Below are positions 40,038 through 41,761 of a stretch of DNA of 41,761 nt, piece by piece. Where the stretch lies: NCBI GenBank assembly GCA_023267245.1, contig JAHFNP010000001.1, forward strand, positions 22,780-64,540, written 5' to 3'. The translations under genes were made by a program, and so were the position numbers. The notes beneath the pieces were generated by a model that had not been told where the DNA came from, searched no databases, and worked only from the letters and a program-made list of their open reading frames with translations. Positions within the stretch are counted from its first letter, which is position 1; every line of letters begins with the position of its first letter. Source of the stretch: Candidatus Nomurabacteria bacterium. Its GTDB lineage: Bacteria > Patescibacteriota > Minisyncoccia > Phycocordibacterales > UBA9973.

Positions 40038-40805
40038 ATGATAATCATAAAAACACCAAAAGAAATAGAAATATTGCGTGAAGGAGGGCATAGGCTCGCC
40101 GCTATTTTAGAGAAAGTGGTCAAGATGGTTAAACCCGGAATCAGCTCACAAGAGCTTGATGAATACGCTTTTACTCTTATTCGTGAAGGCGGGGACGAGG
40201 CAGCTTTCTTGAATTACAAGCCGGACGGAGCGAGCTATCCTTATCCGGCGTCGCTTTGCGTTTCAGTCAATAACGAGATTGTGCACGGCATTCCTAAAAA
40301 GAATGTAATCCTGAAAGAAGGAGATATCGTGTCACTCGATTGCGGATTGAAACACAAAGGCCTTTTTACTGATCATGCGGTTACCGTTGCAGTCGGGGAA
40401 ATTAACAAAGAAGATCAAAAGCTTTTAGATATTACAAAAGAATCCCTCGCGATCGGCATCAATGAAGCGAGGTCGGGCAATACGACGGGCGACATAGGTT
40501 TTGCTATTGAACAATTTATCAAGCCTTTTAAATACGGAATCGTTAGAGAAATGTCCGGGCACGGTGTCGGCCGCGCCATTCACGAAGAGCCGTATGTGCC
40601 GAATTTTGGCAAAAGAGGGAAGGGGGCCAAGCTTGTTTCCGGGATGGTTATAGCGATCGAGCCGATGGTGAATTTGGGCGGAGACGATATTATTTTTGAC
40701 GATGACGGCTACACTATCCGGACCAGAGACGGCAAGAAAAGCGCTCATTTCGAGCATACTATTTTAATTACAGACGGCGAGCCGGAAATTTTGACTAAGA
40801 TGTAA
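40038..40805 (+). CDS. map: Methionine aminopeptidase type I
   Basis: IIIKTPKEIEILREGG, GDIVSLDCG, GHGVGRAIHEEP, VIAIEPM and SAHFEHTILIT. Confidence 0.95.
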   Translation: MIIIKTPKEIEILREGGHRLAAILEKVVKMVKPGISSQELDEYAFTLIREGGDEAAFLNYKPDGASYPYPASLCVSVNNEIVHGIPKKNVILKEGDIVSLDCGLKHKGLFTDHAVTVAVGEINKEDQKLLDITKESLAIGINEARSGNTTGDIGFAIEQFIKPFKYGIVREMSGHGVGRAIHEEPYVPNFGKRGKGAKLVSGMVIAIEPMVNLGGDDIIFDDDGYTIRTRDGKKSAHFEHTILITDGEPEILTKM

Positions 40806-40808
40806 AAT

Positions 40809-40836
40809 AAAAACCCTGCATTATGCAGGGTTTTTA
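40809..40836. terminator. Bidirectional rho-independent terminator (map and the 40854..41180 gene converge here)
   Basis: aaaaaccctgca-tta-tgcagggttttt. Confidence 0.9.
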
Positions 40837-40853
40837 TTTTAGTAACAAAGCCT

Positions 40854-41180
40854 TTAGTACTTGCTTTGGAAACTTTCTTCTTTCATTACACCCTCTTTTC
40901 CTTCCTCCATCATTTTTCTTGCCAAATTTGTGATATATTTCTCTTTGGCTATTGGATCTTGAAGAAGCTTTATAAGGTCTGTAGTCGCCTGTTCTTTCGC
41001 CGATCCTTCGTTATAAAGTTTAATTCTAAGTATTATTGCTTTTCTAGCTTCTTCCATAAAACTTTCTGGTATTGTTTCTTTCATTTCAGCTCCAGCTAGA
41101 CCCTTTTTTGCGAGGTCTTCACTTGCTGATTTCTCGACGTTTTCTTTTGGTTTAAATGCGTTTTTTAAATTTTCAAACAT
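40854..41180 (-). CDS. Hypothetical small acidic protein (108 aa)
   Basis: ORF on the minus strand ending at a terminator. I recognise no motif. Confidence 0.55.
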   Translation of the reverse strand: MFENLKNAFKPKENVEKSASEDLAKKGLAGAEMKETIPESFMEEARKAIILRIKLYNEGSAKEQATTDLIKLLQDPIAKEKYITNLARKMMEEGKEGVMKEESFQSKY

Positions 41181-41296
41181 ATTTTTTTATTTTTAAGCTT
41201 ATAAATGCGACCTATTAATAATACTAATTTAAGGCTGATAAAGCAAATCGACCGTGATTCCCTCAAAGTATACTATATAAATACAATTTGTCAAGA

Positions 41297-41324
41297 TTGA
41301 CTTTAAATACATATATGATAGTTT
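41297..41324 (+). promoter_or_regulatory. Promoter TTGACT-N16-(TGa)TAGTTT
   Basis: ttgact at 41297-41302 and tgatagttt at 41316-41324. Confidence 0.5.
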
Positions 41325-41360
41325 GAAATTAGAGAAGATTTAACTAAATCCTTGTCAATT

Positions 41361-41591
41361 ATGGTAATTTTAACTATTTCCATGGCCACAATTTCAGCCT
41401 TTGGAAACAGTATTTATTTCTTCTTCAGTTTTACTCTTTTTATAATAGCCCTATCCCGTGTTTTTTGGATTAAACAATGCAGGCAAAATTATATAAAAAA
41501 AGGTAAGTATATGAAAATAAAGTTCATTACTTTTGAAACATTGAAAAATAAGCTTTATCGAGAAGAAAAAATAATGCTGCACAGCAACTAA
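41361..41591 (+). CDS. Possible small membrane protein
   Basis: Bracketed by a good promoter and a terminator. Hydrophobic N-terminus (MVILTISMATISAFGNSIYFFFSFTLFIIAL). The start is uncertain (TTG 41352 or ATG 41361). Confidence 0.4.
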   Translation: MVILTISMATISAFGNSIYFFFSFTLFIIALSRVFWIKQCRQNYIKKGKYMKIKFITFETLKNKLYREEKIMLHSN

Positions 41592-41629
41592 CCGTCTCTT
41601 TTGTTTTTACAAAGAGACGGTTTTTTTTG
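41591..41629 (+). terminator. Rho-independent terminator
   Basis: accgtctcttt-tgtttttac-aaagagacggt followed by ttttttt. Confidence 0.88.
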
Positions 41630-41649
41630 TCTATTTGGCCAACTCGGGG

Positions 41650-41655
41650 TATAAT
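41650..41655 (+). promoter_or_regulatory. TATAAT box 7 nt upstream of ATG 41663 (leaderless-type)
   Basis: tataat at 41650-41655, then ttcataa, then ATG. Confidence 0.4.
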
Positions 41656-41662
41656 TTCATAA

Positions 41663-41761
41663 ATGGCTGAAGGCGCTTATTTTAAAGAGATACCGAAATT
41701 TAAATCTCCCGAAGAGGAACTGGATTTTTTGCGTTCTCAAATTGTCGAAAAAGAAAGAGAA
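41663..41761 (+). CDS. 5' end of an unidentified gene (runs off the window)
   Basis: My translation gives MAEGAYFKEIPKFKSPEEELDFLRSQIVEKERE, open to the window end. Confidence 0.45.
   Translation, partial: MAEGAYFKEIPKFKSPEEELDFLRSQIVEKERE

Noticed and set aside
1-41761. tRNA, rRNA, tmRNA, integrase, transposase or prophage genes
   Set aside because: Intergenic regions are short. The ones I inspected show terminators, promoters or the palindromic elements described, with no cloverleaf-like GTTCGAATC/T-loop pattern. No ORF shows recombinase or transposase motifs that I recognise.

Overview
This is a compact, gene-dense bacterial window. It is moderately AT-rich, and starts are preceded by A-rich leaders rather than clear Shine-Dalgarno sites. 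The backbone from 16.7 to 40.8 kb is the str-S10-spc ribosomal superoperon: rpsL-rpsG-fusA-tuf-rpsJ-rplCDWB-rpsS-rplV-rpsC-rplP-rpmC-rpsQ-rplNXE-rpsN-rpsH-rplFR-rpsE-rplO-secY-adk-map. There is no rpmD (L30) between rpsE and rplO. L15 is short, S14 is the short Zn type, and S10, S19 and S5 carry extensions. I associate this pattern with Candidate Phyla Radiation/Patescibacteria, but that is inference and was not verified. The first 16 kb carry a partial xth and a five-gene operon of secreted repeat and glycine-rich proteins that runs straight into tpiA-pgk. They also carry a HIT protein, recJ-rnhA-comEC, an Fe/Mn superoxide dismutase, an IMPase-family gene, rpmB and an M50 protease. I found no rRNA, tRNA, CRISPR array, transposase or integrase. 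The candidates I consider most worth follow-up are these. (1) A tandem array of signal-peptide paralogues with polyglycine-rich C-terminal domains. Together with a GYAWSSNIGW-repeat protein and a 1663-aa NHL/SBBP surface protein, these share a small Cys/Trp module. (2) Three separate accessory insertions split the ribosomal superoperon, and each has its own promoter and terminator: a possible HhH-type glycosylase-like gene, the giant surface protein, and a two-gene cassette. (3) A ComEC whose usual C-terminal metallo-beta-lactamase domain appears replaced by an HNH/His-Me-like nuclease module. (4) A structured about 66-nt element sits directly after stop codons, closed by stems of unrelated sequence, and the single substitution between copies preserves pairing. 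Possibly related long palindromes lie in-frame inside pgk and comEC. (5) Extended -10 boxes recur 6-7 nt upstream of start codons, which suggests leaderless mRNAs. All functional calls rest on motif recognition by eye, and no searches were run.
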